Part shown: piece after piece, positions 50,135-64,000 of the stretch
Numbering within the stretch: the stretch's first letter is position 1
Layout: each line of letters starts with the position of its first letter
Assembly: GCA_003427395.1 (NCBI GenBank)
Contig: BFEA01000005.1
Coordinates: 4,539,414 to 4,603,413, forward strand
Reading direction: 5' to 3'
Source of the DNA: Chara braunii
Taxonomy: Eukaryota; Plantae; Charophyceae
Length of the DNA stretch: 64,000 nt
Translations under genes and position numbers: made by a program
The notes under the pieces: model-generated
Told to the model about the DNA's origin: nothing
Database searches by the model: none
The model's input: only the letters and a program-made list of their open reading frames with translations

Positions 50135-50965
50135 TCCTAATCAACTGCCAATAGTTCTCTCAACACTCCTTTCCCTGTGCCCACTCTCAGACTGATGAGC
50201 TCATAGACCCCCGCGATAGGGCCCCATTGATCGCTCCTATATCCCCTCAAGACGTCAACAGGCCTAGGAAAGAACCGCCCTCTGGCGTATCTCTCCCTAC
50301 CCTCATGTCAAGAAGGAGGATTGATCAGCGTACCATCATCGCTGACCTACCACCTCCGCCACGACCTTGACACGAGTCGCCCAACTCATATGCCCTAGGG
50401 TGGACCAAAGTCACACGCGAACGAAGGGGCAGTGTCTCACTTGTACATCCTCATTCTCCTATCCACGCCTCTACTCGGCCCACCTCAGGCATGGTCTTTC
50501 ACCGACTCGTGTTGTGGTTCCAACCCCCCAGCTATCCATCATGATCGTCTAGCCTATCTAGCCCCACTCTGCTCCTTGCAAATCCGGGGCGCTTCTCCCC
50601 TCCCCTTCACTCCCTCCAATTCTTCTCATGCTCACCCTTTTTTTCTCTTGGAATTTAAATCAGGGTGGACTGACCTAAGGGTAGGGAAAAATCAGAACAA
50701 TCTCCCTCAATCACAAGAAATATGCAGGAAGAAAAATACAAGAAATCATGAGAATGAAATAATCGATGAGATCATGAGAATGCAACATCCACGTCTCACC
50801 GGAAACGTCGAAAAAACAGGTTGGTCGTCCGTCGTCCGCTTGCTCGCGCTCACGCTGCACCTGCATACACCAAGAAATTTTCAGGCGTGAGTCCTGAGAC
50901 AATCAACTGCAATTCTCCACGCCCCCGCGGTTACAGCCGGACTAAAGTCCCGAGAGGCATCCTTT

Positions 50966-50981
50966 CCCGGCAACGGCGCCA
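50966..50981 (-). promoter_or_regulatory. Primer-binding site complementary to tRNA-Asp 3' end
   Basis: Minus strand reads ...GTCGACA-A-TGGCGCCGTTGCCGGG, the PBS typical of Athila elements, one base after a CA LTR end. Confidence 0.88.
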
Positions 50982-50982
50982 T

Positions 50983-53750
50983 TGTCGACCGGTAGAAGTG
51001 ATCTGTCGGCACGGCGAACCAAACTCTATACCTCGCGCCGTGTCTGCCACCCACGGGAGAGTCGGTCAGGGCTCTTGTAACCTGCAAGAAAAATGTTAGT
51101 TCACATCGACATAAACAAAGACCGGAGTCGACTATAGACACAACCACGAGTCTCCCGCAGTCCGCGGTTTGGAATAAACAAAATAAATGTTTTCATTTAG
51201 TCCAAAATAATTGGGTTCATTACGCTACTTCCAGCCCCAGGGATAAATCTCGTGTCCAAGTCGAGAAAGTCGGACTGAGTGTCAACGGACCGTACCAACA
51301 GCCTACGACGAATCCGCCTCCCTATCGGGTGTCGTCGGTAGCGAGCCCACTGGTCCCATGGAACTGCACTCGTACTCTCGGTGTCCGAACCGGACTCTCG
51401 TGCCCATTGGGGCCACAACTCAAGATCAAGTTTCACCATTAAGCCTCATGTATGTCCGTCGTCAGTTCCCGTGTCACTGATTGTTGTACAACGACTGGTC
51501 CCTTCCCGATCTCAGTTCGCGAGCCCCTAATTGGGAGGTTTCCCTTAACGAAAACTTCCGCTATGCCTTACCCCTCTGGCGAGTTTTCGTAGTCCCGGCC
51601 CACACCCCTATGTTTCGGTTTGTCTATGTCAGATAGATCTTGAAGTTCTCACTTGGTCGAGGTGTCTCAATTAGTCCCAAAATGTTCCGGTCTGGCATTC
51701 GAACTCGAGTGTCTCGGTCCGGACTTCTAATGCTCCACCCTGAAACCCCAGTCCGGTCCAAATTCACTGTATGGCCCCAAGTCTCGGTTTGACCAAGGAT
51801 TCAAGTCTGGTCCGAAGCCCAGACAATGCTAAAAAATCGGAGGTCCTGATTTGGCCCGAAGACCCATACTCAGAGTCCCGATTGTTCCCCAAAGGCCCGA
51901 CTTTGACCCAAAAAATCCCGGTCTAATACTCGGTTCCTGCTGGGTCCCCAAGTCCTGAAGCCGTTGTATGTTTTTCGCCTTTCTGAGTGCAGCGTGTGAA
52001 CCTGTCCGAGGTCTCGCGATCTCGGCCCAACCCGTGTCCGACTTCGCCGCTCCGACACAAGACTTGGACCTGAGTCTCGACAAAGCCCAGTCACCCCCCT
52101 GAGTTCCACGCCAGTGGCCTGCGGTGCTGGATTCGGCGTTCTTTTAGTATTGAGACGGCCGCAGTACACTACCGCGAGCCTAAATCCCGTATCGCTACGC
52201 GCCCTAGAGTGGCTTCTCGTATAGTGCGCGGTTGTCTGACAGTGCAATTGTCTATCCGTTAGTGCACCGAGGTCCTCCAAGTGCACACAGGTTTTTCAGA
52301 ATCGCTCGCAAGGCGAATCCCGTGTGGAATTGTCGCGGTTGTATCGCGCGCTCGCCCACCCTCGCGAGTAGCCCCCCGTGGATGGACGCAGGCGAGCGGG
52401 CGCAGCGCACATGCGCGCTCGGTTCTGTCAATAGGCGTGGTCGTGTGCGGCTGAGCGCGGGTGTGCATGTGGCTCCTTGTCAATGCGCGCGGTTGCGCGT
52501 AGCTCAGTACGCGCGCGTGTGTGGCTTCCCCCTTGTGCGCTCAGACGTCCGCCCGGGATCTGTAGTGCGCCGAATGCCCCGTCTGTGCGCCGTCTTGCTC
52601 TCGTCTTCTTCGGTCGCGCGCAATTCTCACAAGTAGGAGCGAGTGCAGACGAGCCAGCGCTTGTGCTCGTGCGGCCCCCGGATCATGTGCACGAGTGCGC
52701 GCAAGGCCCGCACATGCACTTCCGCAGCCTCCTCGTCGTACGAGAGATCGCGCGCAAGCCCACGCGGGTTCGTGACTAACCTTCTCAACGTGCACCCATC
52801 CGCGTGCAGTCCCGTCCTGACTCCGCGCACGTGCGAGCACAACTGCACATGCTCGACCGTGCGCAGTACGCTTGAGTATGAGCGTGTATCTGCTGATGCA
52901 CGCTACCACCCGCGCCCAACCTCGATTAGTGCGCTTGAATGCATGAGCGCGCGAGTAAGCGTGTATGACGCATGAGAGTGGCTCTTCCACCAGATCGCGC
53001 ACTGGCATGCGATGTCGTGCGTGGCTCAAGGCGCCTCGATCACGTTGGTGGCGCACTCCTCAATGCACAAGGTTATAGCTTACCTCCTCTCTTCCTCGTT
53101 CGTCCTTCGTTGTTCTTCCCAGCGCGTCGCTTCCATAGGTGCGCCAACGCGTGAAACACCTGTCGTAGTTCCTCTCCCCGCACGCCTGACTGTCCAGTTC
53201 CAAGTCTCCTAGGACCCTCCTGTGCGCCTGCACGGGCGCCAGTCCGAAGTCGCCCCCCGTCTTCTGCTCTCCCCGATGAGCTCCACTTATGCGCCTCGAC
53301 GTGCGCAAGTGGGAAGTCCCCGTTCCTTGGGCCTAGTTGGGCTTATAAAGTTTGCTGGGTCCACCTCCACGAGGCTCCAACAGTCCGTGTGCCGCTGGAG
53401 TCGAGAACTTTGCAGCGCCCCGGTGTCGTGGCACCCGCCGAACCTAGGCCCGGGCCTATTTAGGCCCCCGAAAGGTTTTTTGGCGAAAGGGGCCTTCCTG
53501 TCGGGTACCGGGCCCTTTGCAGCGCCCCGGTACTGGAATCATCCCGAACCTAGGCCCGAGCCTGCCTAGGCTCCAGCAGTCCGCACATGGGCGGTACCGC
53601 GGCCCACAATTTCCGTAGGGCCTGGCCCATCGAAGTTGCGGACTTATTAGTCCAAGGGCCCTTTTTCTCCGCCTAAGGCCCCAAATTAGGACCGGAAGCC
53701 AAGGTCCCAAGCGCGGCTGCTTAGCGGTTTCCCTTCATTTTGGCCGTGCG
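50983..53750 (-). mobile_element. Probable 5' LTR of the Athila-like element (outer boundary not identified)
   Basis: Begins at the CA end next to the PBS; non-coding, CpG-rich, with internal repeats (e.g. CTTTGCAGCGCCCCGGT near 53408 and 53515). Confidence 0.5.
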
Positions 53751-55474
53751 ATGAATTCCGGTACTACCGCAACTTACCCCGTCGGAGGGCTTGTAGTCGA
53801 TCTGCTTTTATGATCTGCCAGCCGTTAGCCTCAATAATTCCCCCAGGAGAATGCCCACGCAGAATTCAACGCCCCACTCCTCCCAGACGCCCAGGTCTTG
53901 ATGCCCATGACACGGGTCCAATGTCGAAATTTCTCGAAGTTGATCATGCTCTCGTTAGGCAAAACACTCAAATCCAGCTCCTGTCAGCGTTATTATCAAG
54001 GAAGTAAAGGACTGCGTAAGGCTGGAGCCGCCCAACAATGGGACCTCTCAACTTCCTTATTCTTTTCCTTACCGTCCTCTATTTCCTACTGATCCATTTT
54101 CCATGGGGCGTCCTTTCCATGCCACGCGGCCGTCAAAACCCCTTTTACCGCTTTGTCACGTCACAAGCCCTTGGTCCGCTTGTTTCAAAAATAATATCTT
54201 TTGCACTTGATCTTCGTGACCTCTGCATTTTTAATATGTCGTTGACGTCAACATTCCGATCATTCTTGCCTTGGAACGGAGTCGTTCTGCCCATGTCTGT
54301 CCATCTATTCCTTTCAAAAAAAAAAAAAAAAAAAAAAAAAAAACAATCCTCGAATGTAGCTTCAGATGTTGGTAGGAGCAGACATCTCTATCTACTTCCA
54401 AGGAGACTCCATCTATTAGTGGGCAGTTGCACCTGTTGGAAAACGGGCCCAACAACCCCTTTTACAAATTAAAAGAAATCACACATAAATTATTCCCAGG
54501 GGAGTGCCTCCAGAGTTCGACAACCGGGCTGTTGAGCAGCAAACCCTTAAACTATTCCACCACACTCTTTGAGGCCAGTTGTTCCTCTCCCATTGAGTTG
54601 CAAACCCCTAAACCCTTTTCCCTAAACCCTTAATTCTTCAACCCTTCTTGTGGTTATGGGGAAAACTGTCTTTTCCAGTTTCCCCCATAATCCTCTCAAA
54701 CTATCCCTCATTCTTGTTATTGGACTCTCCCTAAGTCTAGTTGATGTCTTTGCCCCATAGCGCCACTTCTACTGCGGCCCCTGCTTTTTCCTGTGTGTCT
54801 TGTTGGTCCCGAGTCCCATCTCGGGCCCTTGGTCTCAGTGGTCTTGTTCTCGTCGCTCATCTTGCCTTTCCATTTTCTCTCATCACATCCTTACGGACTC
54901 CTCTACTGTACACATTCTTGTTATATATCCTGTCTCACGTGCCAGGACTAGATTTGAGAACCAAAGGTTCCAGCAATGGGCAATTACCCGTGCTCACTTT
55001 CAGGGTGGCAAACCTCAACTCCATACAAGTCTCAACTCATCCCACTGCGCCCAATCCCGATAGAGAAACACTAGCTACTGATCGCGTTAACCCCAACGAA
55101 AATTGCCACCTCGACAAAACAGCGATGGCTAGCGGCAGAGGGATCGGGTTGAACAAATAAGTGCACGCACACAATATCCCTGGTCGACTGCGCATGCGGC
55201 CGGGTGTGCGACGAAGTTGACACGTGACACTTGTGCTAACAGGGAAGAGGGGTAGGAGGCCGGCAACGATCTCACACACACTCTACGGACGGGGATCAAC
55301 TATTAGTCGAGAAGGGAAAGAGGGTATCAACATACCCCAAATATCCTGGGTCCGCACTCATGCGCTAAGCAAGATGAAGACACCACACACCTTCAATACC
55401 CATACATCCATAGACTTTCTGATAGCAAAACATTTAACATCCATATACGAACAACCAAAGCCATACACACGACT

Positions 55475-55622
55475 GCGTATCCACACTTAGTCTTTAGCAT
55501 ATATACAACCAATGGATGAAGCCTCCATGGAGAAGAAGCGAGTTCCTCGCGTATCCACACTTAGTCTTTAGCATATACAACCAATGGATGAAGCATGGAT
55601 GGAGAAGAAGCGAGTTCCTCGC
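55475..55622. repeat. ~73-bp tandem duplication
   Basis: GCGTATCCACACTTAGTCTTTAGCATATA...GGAGAAGAAGCGAGTTCCTC occurs twice. Confidence 0.9.
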
Positions 55623-58600
55623 TATTCAAAAATCACAACCACGCTGACACTCTGTGTGCGCAGCCACCAAACCGGACGGAACGCGAGCCAGTCATAGCCG
55701 CCATTCCCGTCTCCATCATTGCTCGGTCCCTCCGGCTGCCTTACCCCGAGTCTACCACTAATTCCACCCCACGCTGGCACTTCGCCTATTCCTTGGGCAC
55801 GTCGAGCCTGTTCGGCGCCGCAAGGTCAAGATCGTGAAGGTGTTGGGCAAATTTATACCAGGGCATCAACATGCAATGTGGATAGCGAGGGGCGTAGATG
55901 AGGAGGAGAGAAGGAAGAAGCTTCCAGAAAATCGACGAAGGCGGATGATTGAATTTTTTGCTCACTTGGGGTGGTTGTTCAAGCCGCATGCGTCAGTCCG
56001 CCTTTGTGGCTTGATCCAACCAACCCAACTGGTGACCAATCAACCACACCAAAGAATCAATGATGGTATCTGACGAACGGACTGGAGGAAGACAAAGAGG
56101 TGCACCGAGACGAAGGACAGCAAGAAAGGGAGTTGGCGTGCCCGCGCAAAGCGGGAAGCGAGCTTGCGTGGCAAGCAAGATTTAAAAAACGGCCGCCCGT
56201 GCGCCTTCTGATGCAAGGAAATATCAAAAATGCAACCAAAGTTCATAACTGTTTCTTAAAACTCCCTCGCAGTTACTTGTGCGCGGCGTGAGACTACTTT
56301 GAACAAGGACAAGGGCAAATCCAAAGGATGCATGCAGAATCGCAGATGGCCCTAAGGAATTCAAAACGGACCAGATTTCTGTAGTCAGCCAAGATTCATA
56401 CATCGGGGATTACTTGGGGCTTAATCCGAAGGGTACGCAAAGCCGCGAGGTACGACACTTGGCTTATCACAAGCGTGGCGAACAGTCGCTGACGACTACC
56501 GCGGTGCACCTCAGAGGTTTGCCAGCCATTTCGTGAACAAATCGTCGATCCATCACGCCATTCCTGCTGATTGGGGGAGCGATGATGCGTGGCCGCCTGC
56601 TTGCAGGAGAAAAAAACGAGTCATTTTGCGAAACCAGAAAATGACAACACAGTTCGCAATGATGAAAAGGGAAGCGCAGCTACGAGTAAAATGGCCAGTC
56701 TTAGCGTTAGCCAGACCCCCCCCCGGCAACCCCACCCCATCTCTGACAACCGCTGTTGGCAATCCCTTCATTGTCAGATAGCTATGCTTACAGGGGTCCC
56801 CTCTATATATCCTTAGGAGTAGTAGTAGGTAGGTAGTAAAAGGCAAAACAAAATTGAGAGAAGAAGATAGTGTAGTTTTATTTATAAAAAACACACACGC
56901 ACACACACAAAAAAATAAAATAAAATAAAAATCATCACGAACTCAATTTCCTAAAATGAAAACGACGACAAAAACAAAATTTCGTCCTTTTCTTTTCCTT
57001 TTGTTGCGAAGTCAGGCCCACGGGATGTCCAGAAAACATGAGGGCGGACATCCCTGACACCCCCTCGGATGTCTCCACCATGGGAATCACCGGTCCCACC
57101 TCTTGGGTCACTGGCCTGTTGACACCCGCTAATCTGGATGCCGACCGGATGCGCGTACACCGTTTCGCCTTGCCGGGACCACCCGTCGACGCAAATTTAT
57201 GACGGGGGGGTTAGTTGTGGTTGAAGTGCTCCCCTGCGCTGAAGGCTCCATCTATTCCTGGGGAGCTGCACCTGCCGGAAACTGGGTCCAGCGTCCCAAT
57301 ATGGTGCAATGGTACAATGCTACAAAGAACATTGTCCTGAAGAGTAGGGACTGTGTGAAGGGACACAATAGACTGCCTCTTCAGCCTTTATCCAGTCCGC
57401 CTGAAAAAGGAAGCAATTGCCTTGCAGCATTATACCCCTCAGTCCCTAGCTGGCCCAGACTATTTACAGCACGGCGAATAGCAGAAGAGGCACCAACCAC
57501 ATTCCTTCCAGTTGTCGCTCGCTTGTTGACTCTTCCTTGCTGCCCTTGTGCAGGGGCCGCGCTAATCTTTCTCTGTATCGTTCCAATGGATGTCCTCGAG
57601 AACCTTTTGCAAATTTCTCGTGTTGAGGGGGTGCCCAGGGGAGAATATCTGTCAGCTTTTAAGTTCGAGATTTCGGTGTCCAGCTGCATGAGGAGTGGGA
57701 ATACCCATTGAGCCTTTTGCACCCTTTGGTAAACCACTAGTGCACCATGGGATGTTTCCGCTGCAGCGCCCATGTACACTAAAGGCCTTTTCAACCCACC
57801 AACCTTGCTGCAGCGCATCCAATACAAAATGGATGGGAGAATAAATTCACTGCAGGAGGAGGAGATCCCCTGCTGTGGAAGGGTTGAGAATCCCTGATGG
57901 TGTTGTATCAGGGCGTGTGGTAAAGGAGTTGGTGAGGTCATGATAATAAAGCTCACATCATCTTCTTCGTAATTGATTATTGTGTCGATCGTGTTCTGAT
58001 CCCCTGCTGTGCACTGGTGGTTTATTCCAAGTTTGACATTTCATCTCCAGTAGTACGCGCAAGTGTGAGGCTGGCCACCCAATTTTCTGATTGTACTTGT
58101 CGTAACAAGCGAAGATCAGTTGACATTCCTCGAGTTGTATCACGACCCTGCACTGCATCCAAAACTTTCGAGGCCCAACCACACATTGGTTCAGCAAGTC
58201 AGGTTCAGGCTGGCAGGGGGTCTGTCACAACAGCTTTGAGACGAGTGGCGTGTGAGGTCTACTTTTGCCATTTTTCATACGTGGGGGTACCAGACAGTTG
58301 CAGCACGCCAGTTGGTTACAGGGCAACGTGAGCCTTCCCTGGCTCTTTCCAGAAGCAGCAGCTGCGTTGTACAGTTGAGCCCACAGCTCGTACGGTTGAG
58401 GCCCTGGGCACACGCATTGAGAGGCCGACAAGTCACGCAGCGGCCACGGACCAATGAGAAAGCAGCTCCTTCGTCACACACATGCCACGAGCCAATGGGA
58501 TTGCAACGAACACTCGGAGCCTCGTGGGCTACCTGGACGTGCCTAAATGCACGGGGCCCAGGCCAGTATCTGAAACTGGTCCTAGGCGCAGATACTGGGG

Positions 58601-59817
58601 CCAGACTGGAAACTCACCCAGCCAGGCCCAAGGCACGACAAACAGGGCTCACTTTCCACAAAGGAAAGTGAGCACTCCAGCCAAAGATCATTCTGGCCTG
58701 TGCAGGCAATGTGGCCACGCTGCTGCGTTGACGAACAAGCAGCTGCGCTAGTGCTGCTGGTCAGAGCTCGCACGGGCATTGGAGGTGAGAGGGGCGCTGC
58801 GGTGGCAGCGGGCGCACGGTGGCCATAGCCGGGCTGCTGGGCGAGTGCATGGTGATGGCGATGGTGGTCTTAGGGTAGGAGGCGCATGCCGAGGGGAGAC
58901 AGGGATGGTGAGGAGAGGAGTGAGACACGTATCTGGTGTATGCTGGCAGTCTGCATTGGCAATGATGTCACGTACATTGGTCTTCAACTTCGATGTGAAC
59001 CTCTTGCATGAACGTAGATAGGCTAGATAGGCTGAGTAGTGTGCCCTACCAGTGGGCGCTGAGCGCCAATCAGGAGCGACATCGGATACTATGTTGGTGT
59101 GGCCAGAGACCGTCGACATTGACATCTGGGTTCATTGTATTGCTCTTATTTGGATGGGTATCTTGGTGCGTTGTTCTCTCTGCTTGGTACATGACTATCT
59201 CAGTCTATCTGGACTACAGTGTGATTTTGCAATTTGGATTTCTGTCTATTGCAGAATTATCTTGACCAATGTAAACCGCCAGTACATCAACCAGGCAAAC
59301 TTGAGAATCCAAATTGAGCCAATCCAGTCCTTTGGAAGTTTGGATGAACAGTGTTACCGAACCAAACTGGCCAGCGGTGCCAGCCAAGAAAGAAAAGAAA
59401 TGTGCCCTTGGCGGTTCGTTTTTAAATGGTGCACAGTACAAATCCACGCGCGTTGGGAAAAAGAGGCTCAGAGGTCCCCGTGGTTTTAGATCACTCATTG
59501 GACAGAATGCATAGCGAATGATAGCCCTTACTACATCGCCAGAGACACTTGTGTGAGTAATGCCCTTCAGCTCCTCCAGCCTGGTGATCGCAATTGCCCT
59601 TCATGAAGTCCAGAAGACAAGACCATTTCCATAAGAGCATCAAGACGCAACACCATACCGATCATGCAAAAGTTGTGTTCTCTCAAGTTTTGAGCTTGAA
59701 CAGTTGTTACAGCCATTTGTACCACAAGCACCACCTTCTGCCCACAGGACATTCAAGTGCATCCCACTGAACGACTGAGGGTTAATTTGATGCACTTGAC
59801 GCAGCAACCTGTGTACA

Positions 59818-60004
<187 letters not shown>

Positions 60005-60374
60005 CTGGCACAATTCCAGCAAAGCACTGTTTCACTTCATAGACAACTAAGTTGGCATACACATCCATTGTGATGTGGATCTGGGACAAAGATACTTTTC
60101 ACAGAAATTTTCTGTCAAGTTCCGAATCCTCATGATAACACTGAAACGCCATCTTTCTGCCAAATAGGTCAATGTTCAAGGACCACTCCGCCGAGAAGTC
60201 ATTTCACATATACACTCGATCAAATGTAGAAAAGGGTGTTTTTGCACATATAACCTCTGCTATACACAAAAACGGAAGGCATTCTGCATATGCCCTCCAA
60301 TGTAGGTGCTGCAGAGAGAAACATATACCTTCGCACACCGGATCTGTACATGAAGAAAAGGACGCAGCAGTCCA

Positions 60375-60454
60375 GTTGATGTAGCTCGGTGGTTAGAACA
60401 CCGGTTGGAAATGCGCATTGTTGTATAAGGTTGCGGGTTCAAAACCCCACAGCC
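60375..60454 (+). mobile_element. tRNA-derived head (SINE or tRNA pseudogene)
   Basis: A-box TAGCTCGGTGGTTAGA (60382-) and T-arm/B-box AAGGTTGCGGGTTCAAAACCC; no convincing acceptor or anticodon stem. Confidence 0.65.
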
Positions 60455-60794
60455 TTGTGCATGGACACCGGCAGGGTGTTAGATTGACGCACGGCTGGAC
60501 ACACATCCCCTTGGGCTGACACATGGTACTATCACAGATACTGCCTGCGCACCACCCAAGGGCAGTCCATGGTGTTGTATGTTGGTTCTGGGTTCCGCAG
60601 GGGTTGCTTGGGGGTGTTGGTTCTTGGGTGTTCTGTTGATCTCCCCAGTCTGGCATATCACACATTCGTGCCATTTCCAATACTTGACCATATGGTGGAG
60701 TCTTTGATTACATGTTACAAGGTCACGGACTTGAGTTGGTTCGGACCTTGGGGGGGTGTCCTTGTCCAGCTCGCCCCGTTCTCTCCTCGATATA

Positions 60795-61000
60795 CACACA
60801 TGATGCTGTCTGTACATCCCGATACATAGATTCACAGAGCACACACAGCCTTCGGGCATACATATCGCCTACAGGCTATATACACAAGTTTCCACACACG
60901 ATGCTGTCTGTACATCTCGATACATTGATTCACAGAGCATACACAGCCTTCGGGTATGCATATAGCTTGCGAACTACACATCGCCTACGGGCTACATGCA
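60795..61000. repeat. ~99-bp tandem duplication
   Basis: GATGCTGTCTGTACATC.CGATACAT.GATTCACAGAGCA.ACACAGCCTTCGGG occurs twice. Confidence 0.88.
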
Positions 61001-61132
61001 CAGGTTTCCAGGTGCGTACATACATACAACTATAATATCAGGCTGGGGGGTCTAGTCACTGGTGGGGTCTAGTATCCGCAGTAGGTTCAGGTAAGGGATT
61101 CCTACTGACATTCGGATAGAACTGTCTGGTGG

Positions 61133-61173
<41 letters not shown>

Positions 61174-63414
61174 CTTAGACCCTAGGGTAAGGGTAAGGAT
61201 ATAAGCCGCTCAGGCCAGTCTGAGTTCCGCCTGGCCTTGGGTAAGCTAGGGGAAGGACGGTAAGACTGCTTCAGTGGGTGCTACACACTGAGGTAGGGTA
61301 GTGGGATAGGGGGTGCACTAGGAGTATTGACGTGAGGATGGGATGGGAGGTGATCTCATATTCCAGGACACCCACGGCTCACAGCTCCAGGTGATCACTG
61401 TGCACTCAGTGACTGGCCTCTACAACACCCTGGACTTTTTGAAAAAGGAAAGAAAAAAAAAAGAAAAAAAGAAAAGAAAAGGACGCAGTTATATACAATA
61501 ATGAAAAGGTGTGTGCCTGTTGGAATGAAGCAGGGCTCAATCCCTGGACCTCATATTTGCACGCATGGGCGGTACCTCCTACCTATGTAGCAAAACCCCT
61601 CTCAAGCGTCCACACCTTCACGATTCATGTTCCTGCTGGAACTCAGGCCCACTGTTGTGCCTGCCTGTCCAGTTCCCCCAAAATGCTGTGAGCGCAGGGC
61701 ACAGTCATTCCTCGTCTGCACCCTCCCACCCAGAGCATTGTTACATCTGCATCCCAGATGATTCTGTGAGGCAGGACCTGCTGAGGGAGGTCACCTCGGG
61801 GATGGAAGGCCACTTAGGTCGTTGTAGCATATGGATGTAATGAGAGCTAAACCTCTCTCAGCATCAGTTTCCCAGATGGCAACGTACAATGTGGCTCCCC
61901 GAGTGGGGGCCGAGGTTGAAGAGACAAGTGCCCTTATTCAAACATATATTCTTCAAGCGCCTCACTATACTCTGTCTACGAGCCAAAACCGGGATAGTCC
62001 AGTTATCATCCTCGCTATATTCTGTCTACTGAGAGTAGTTACAGCTCAGTTATCTGTATATTCTATCTACGAGCCAAATCCAGGATAGTCCAGTTATCAT
62101 CCTGGCTATATTCTGGACTGTTCTTCAAGAGCCTCGCTATATTCTGTCTACTGAGGGTAGGTACTGCTTGTGCAAGTCATATTTTACAATCTACACTTCA
62201 AGAGCATGGTTGTCTATGGTGTAGTGCCTGTATAATAGTTGAATACTGCCCCCTGTGATCACCAAATGAAATTAAATAGGCCGCCGCTTCGCGGCGGTAA
62301 CAGTCAACGCTGCGCCCATCCATTTACATTTCATTTCACTTGGAGTCATCCATTCCATCCGGCATGGTTCTGTTTAACAACACGGAGGCACGAGGATCGA
62401 TCGATGATAATTGCTAGGTTTATAGAACGTTGTACCCGTTTCTGGGCACTTGTGTATTCTGACAGGGCTGAAATCTTGCTATATGAAACCGGGATAGTCC
62501 AGTGATCATCCTCGTCTCATGAGTGTGGAGAACATCGGGGGGAGGGGAGCATGGCGAGAAACGTAGCAGGGTTATGAGGTAAGCACCAGGGCTATGGGCC
62601 ACGCCCCTCTTGCACTGAGAAAGTACACGTGACTGTCCTCTCCCACCTCTGACTTGGACACGATGATCCGATTGAACAAATGTTCACGACTCTCAATTCC
62701 ACAGACCATGGAGGCTCACATTCATGTAACAAGGGGTTGAAAGCAAACGACTGCTATCAATGAACACACATCTACCCCTGCCCTCCGTTTTCCCAAGTTC
62801 ATAAATGCTCGCTGAGGTGTACCCCCCAAATGTTCCTATACACGAATGCCCACCTCGCCCTCACCTTGTGCATTCCGAGCTTCACACACCTGAAAAGACT
62901 GTTTTGTCAGAGTTTCACGGACTCATCAGTATATATTGTCACATAACTATGCACTAAAAGAGTGCACTTTGTGAAACAAACGGCAAAAATTAAAAATTTA
63001 AAAACAAGACAAACATGAAGGGCACACTGAAACCATTCATTCTTCTCATTCTTCTTTTAACTCCCCTTTCACCGTGACTCTCACGTACAAGGCTCGCCAT
63101 GTTGATGAAGTTGAGCGTGAGTACAAGGCTCACCCGTGTACCATAACGGCCCACTTGTACGCTGTGAAAAAGAGGCAGAGTGAAGGGGGAGGGGATAAAC
63201 ACAGGGAGGAGAGATGAAGAACAGACCTGAGTTGCACGGCGTACACGTACGCAGTCCCCGCGCACATGCGTACACGCGTACATGTATGCACGTGCGCGCG
63301 TACGTACCGCGTACGTGTGCGCGTGTACGTCAAAAAGGGCCCCGCGTACGTGGTAGCAGGGGACCCTTTCCGGGCCGGTTTTTGGCCCAATCGGGGTTGG
63401 GGTTAGTGGGGTGA

Positions 63415-63917
63415 CCGTGTGTCTGCCCATCAGTCTGTCTGGCTGGCTGTACAGCTGTCTGTCAGTCTGTCAGTCTCTCAGTCAGTCAAGTTGTGCCGTG
63501 GTCAATTTGTCTGTCTGTTTGTCTGTCTGTTTGTTTGTCTGTTTGTCTGTCACTCTGGGTGGTTTGTGTGTGTTTGTCTGTCAGTCTGTCTGTCTGTCTG
63601 CAAGAGCCTGTCACATGTACCTGTCTGTCTGTCTGTCTGTCTGTCTGTCACTCTACCACCCTGTCCATGTGCCACGTCATTCTGTCACCCTGTTCATATG
63701 CGTGTCTGTAGGTCTGTCCATCTGTGTGTACGCAGCTGTCTGTCGGTCTGTTTGTCAGTCTTAGGTAGCTGTCTGTCGATCTGTCCGTCTGCCTGTTTAT
63801 CCTTCTGTCCGTCTATCTGTTTGTCTGTTATGTCTGACTGCAGTGACTGTCTGTCTGTCTGTCACTCACTCTGTTAAGCAGTCCGTATGTGACAGTCAAA
63901 CTGTCTGACAGACAGAC

Positions 63918-63984
<67 letters not shown>
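63415..63984. repeat. Degenerate (GTCT)n tract followed by (GT)n
   Basis: Direct reading. Confidence 0.92.
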
Positions 63985-63988
<4 letters not shown>

Positions 63989-64000
63989 CTGTGTATGTGT

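Noticed and set aside
50192-50215. Hammerhead ribozyme core CTGATGAG
   Set aside because: No stem II followed by GAAA and no stem I/III pairing found.
54600-54645. Interstitial telomere array
   Set aside because: Only two CCCTAAACCC-like units; too short to call.
60375-60454. Functional tRNA gene
   Set aside because: A and B boxes are present but acceptor and anticodon stems do not pair.

Overview
Eukaryotic, repeat-dominated draft-assembly window (N gaps at 19838-20306, 24527, 31081-31345, 47780-48759), most likely from a streptophyte alga such as Chara (inference from gene, retroelement and microsatellite style). The only host gene is the first coding exon of a mitochondrial FAD-dependent glycerol-3-phosphate dehydrogenase (SDP6/GPD2, minus strand, 606-939). 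The remaining ~63 kb is a nest of decayed transposons: two chromodomain-bearing Ty3/Gypsy elements, one large Athila-like Ty3/Gypsy element (tRNA-Asp PBS) with ~4 kb of extra coding-like sequence before gag, two non-autonomous hAT-type elements, a tRNA-derived SINE head and many microsatellites. The most notable signal is non-coding RNA structure inside the repeats. (i) Two CRISPR-looking arrays of short hairpins have invariant loops and covarying stems, and each lies downstream of the same covarying leader hairpin. (ii) A ~230-nt pseudoknotted RNA-like motif occurs in four diverged copies at one end of a TGTCG...CGACA element family with 4-bp TSDs. (iii) A ~780-nt structured motif occurs in two copies near the other end of that family. 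(iv) Two diverged copies of the same 25S/28S rRNA segment are embedded in repeat DNA. There is also a Nextera junction-adapter artefact and a probably inverted segment. All structures were paired by eye; no folding or database search was run.
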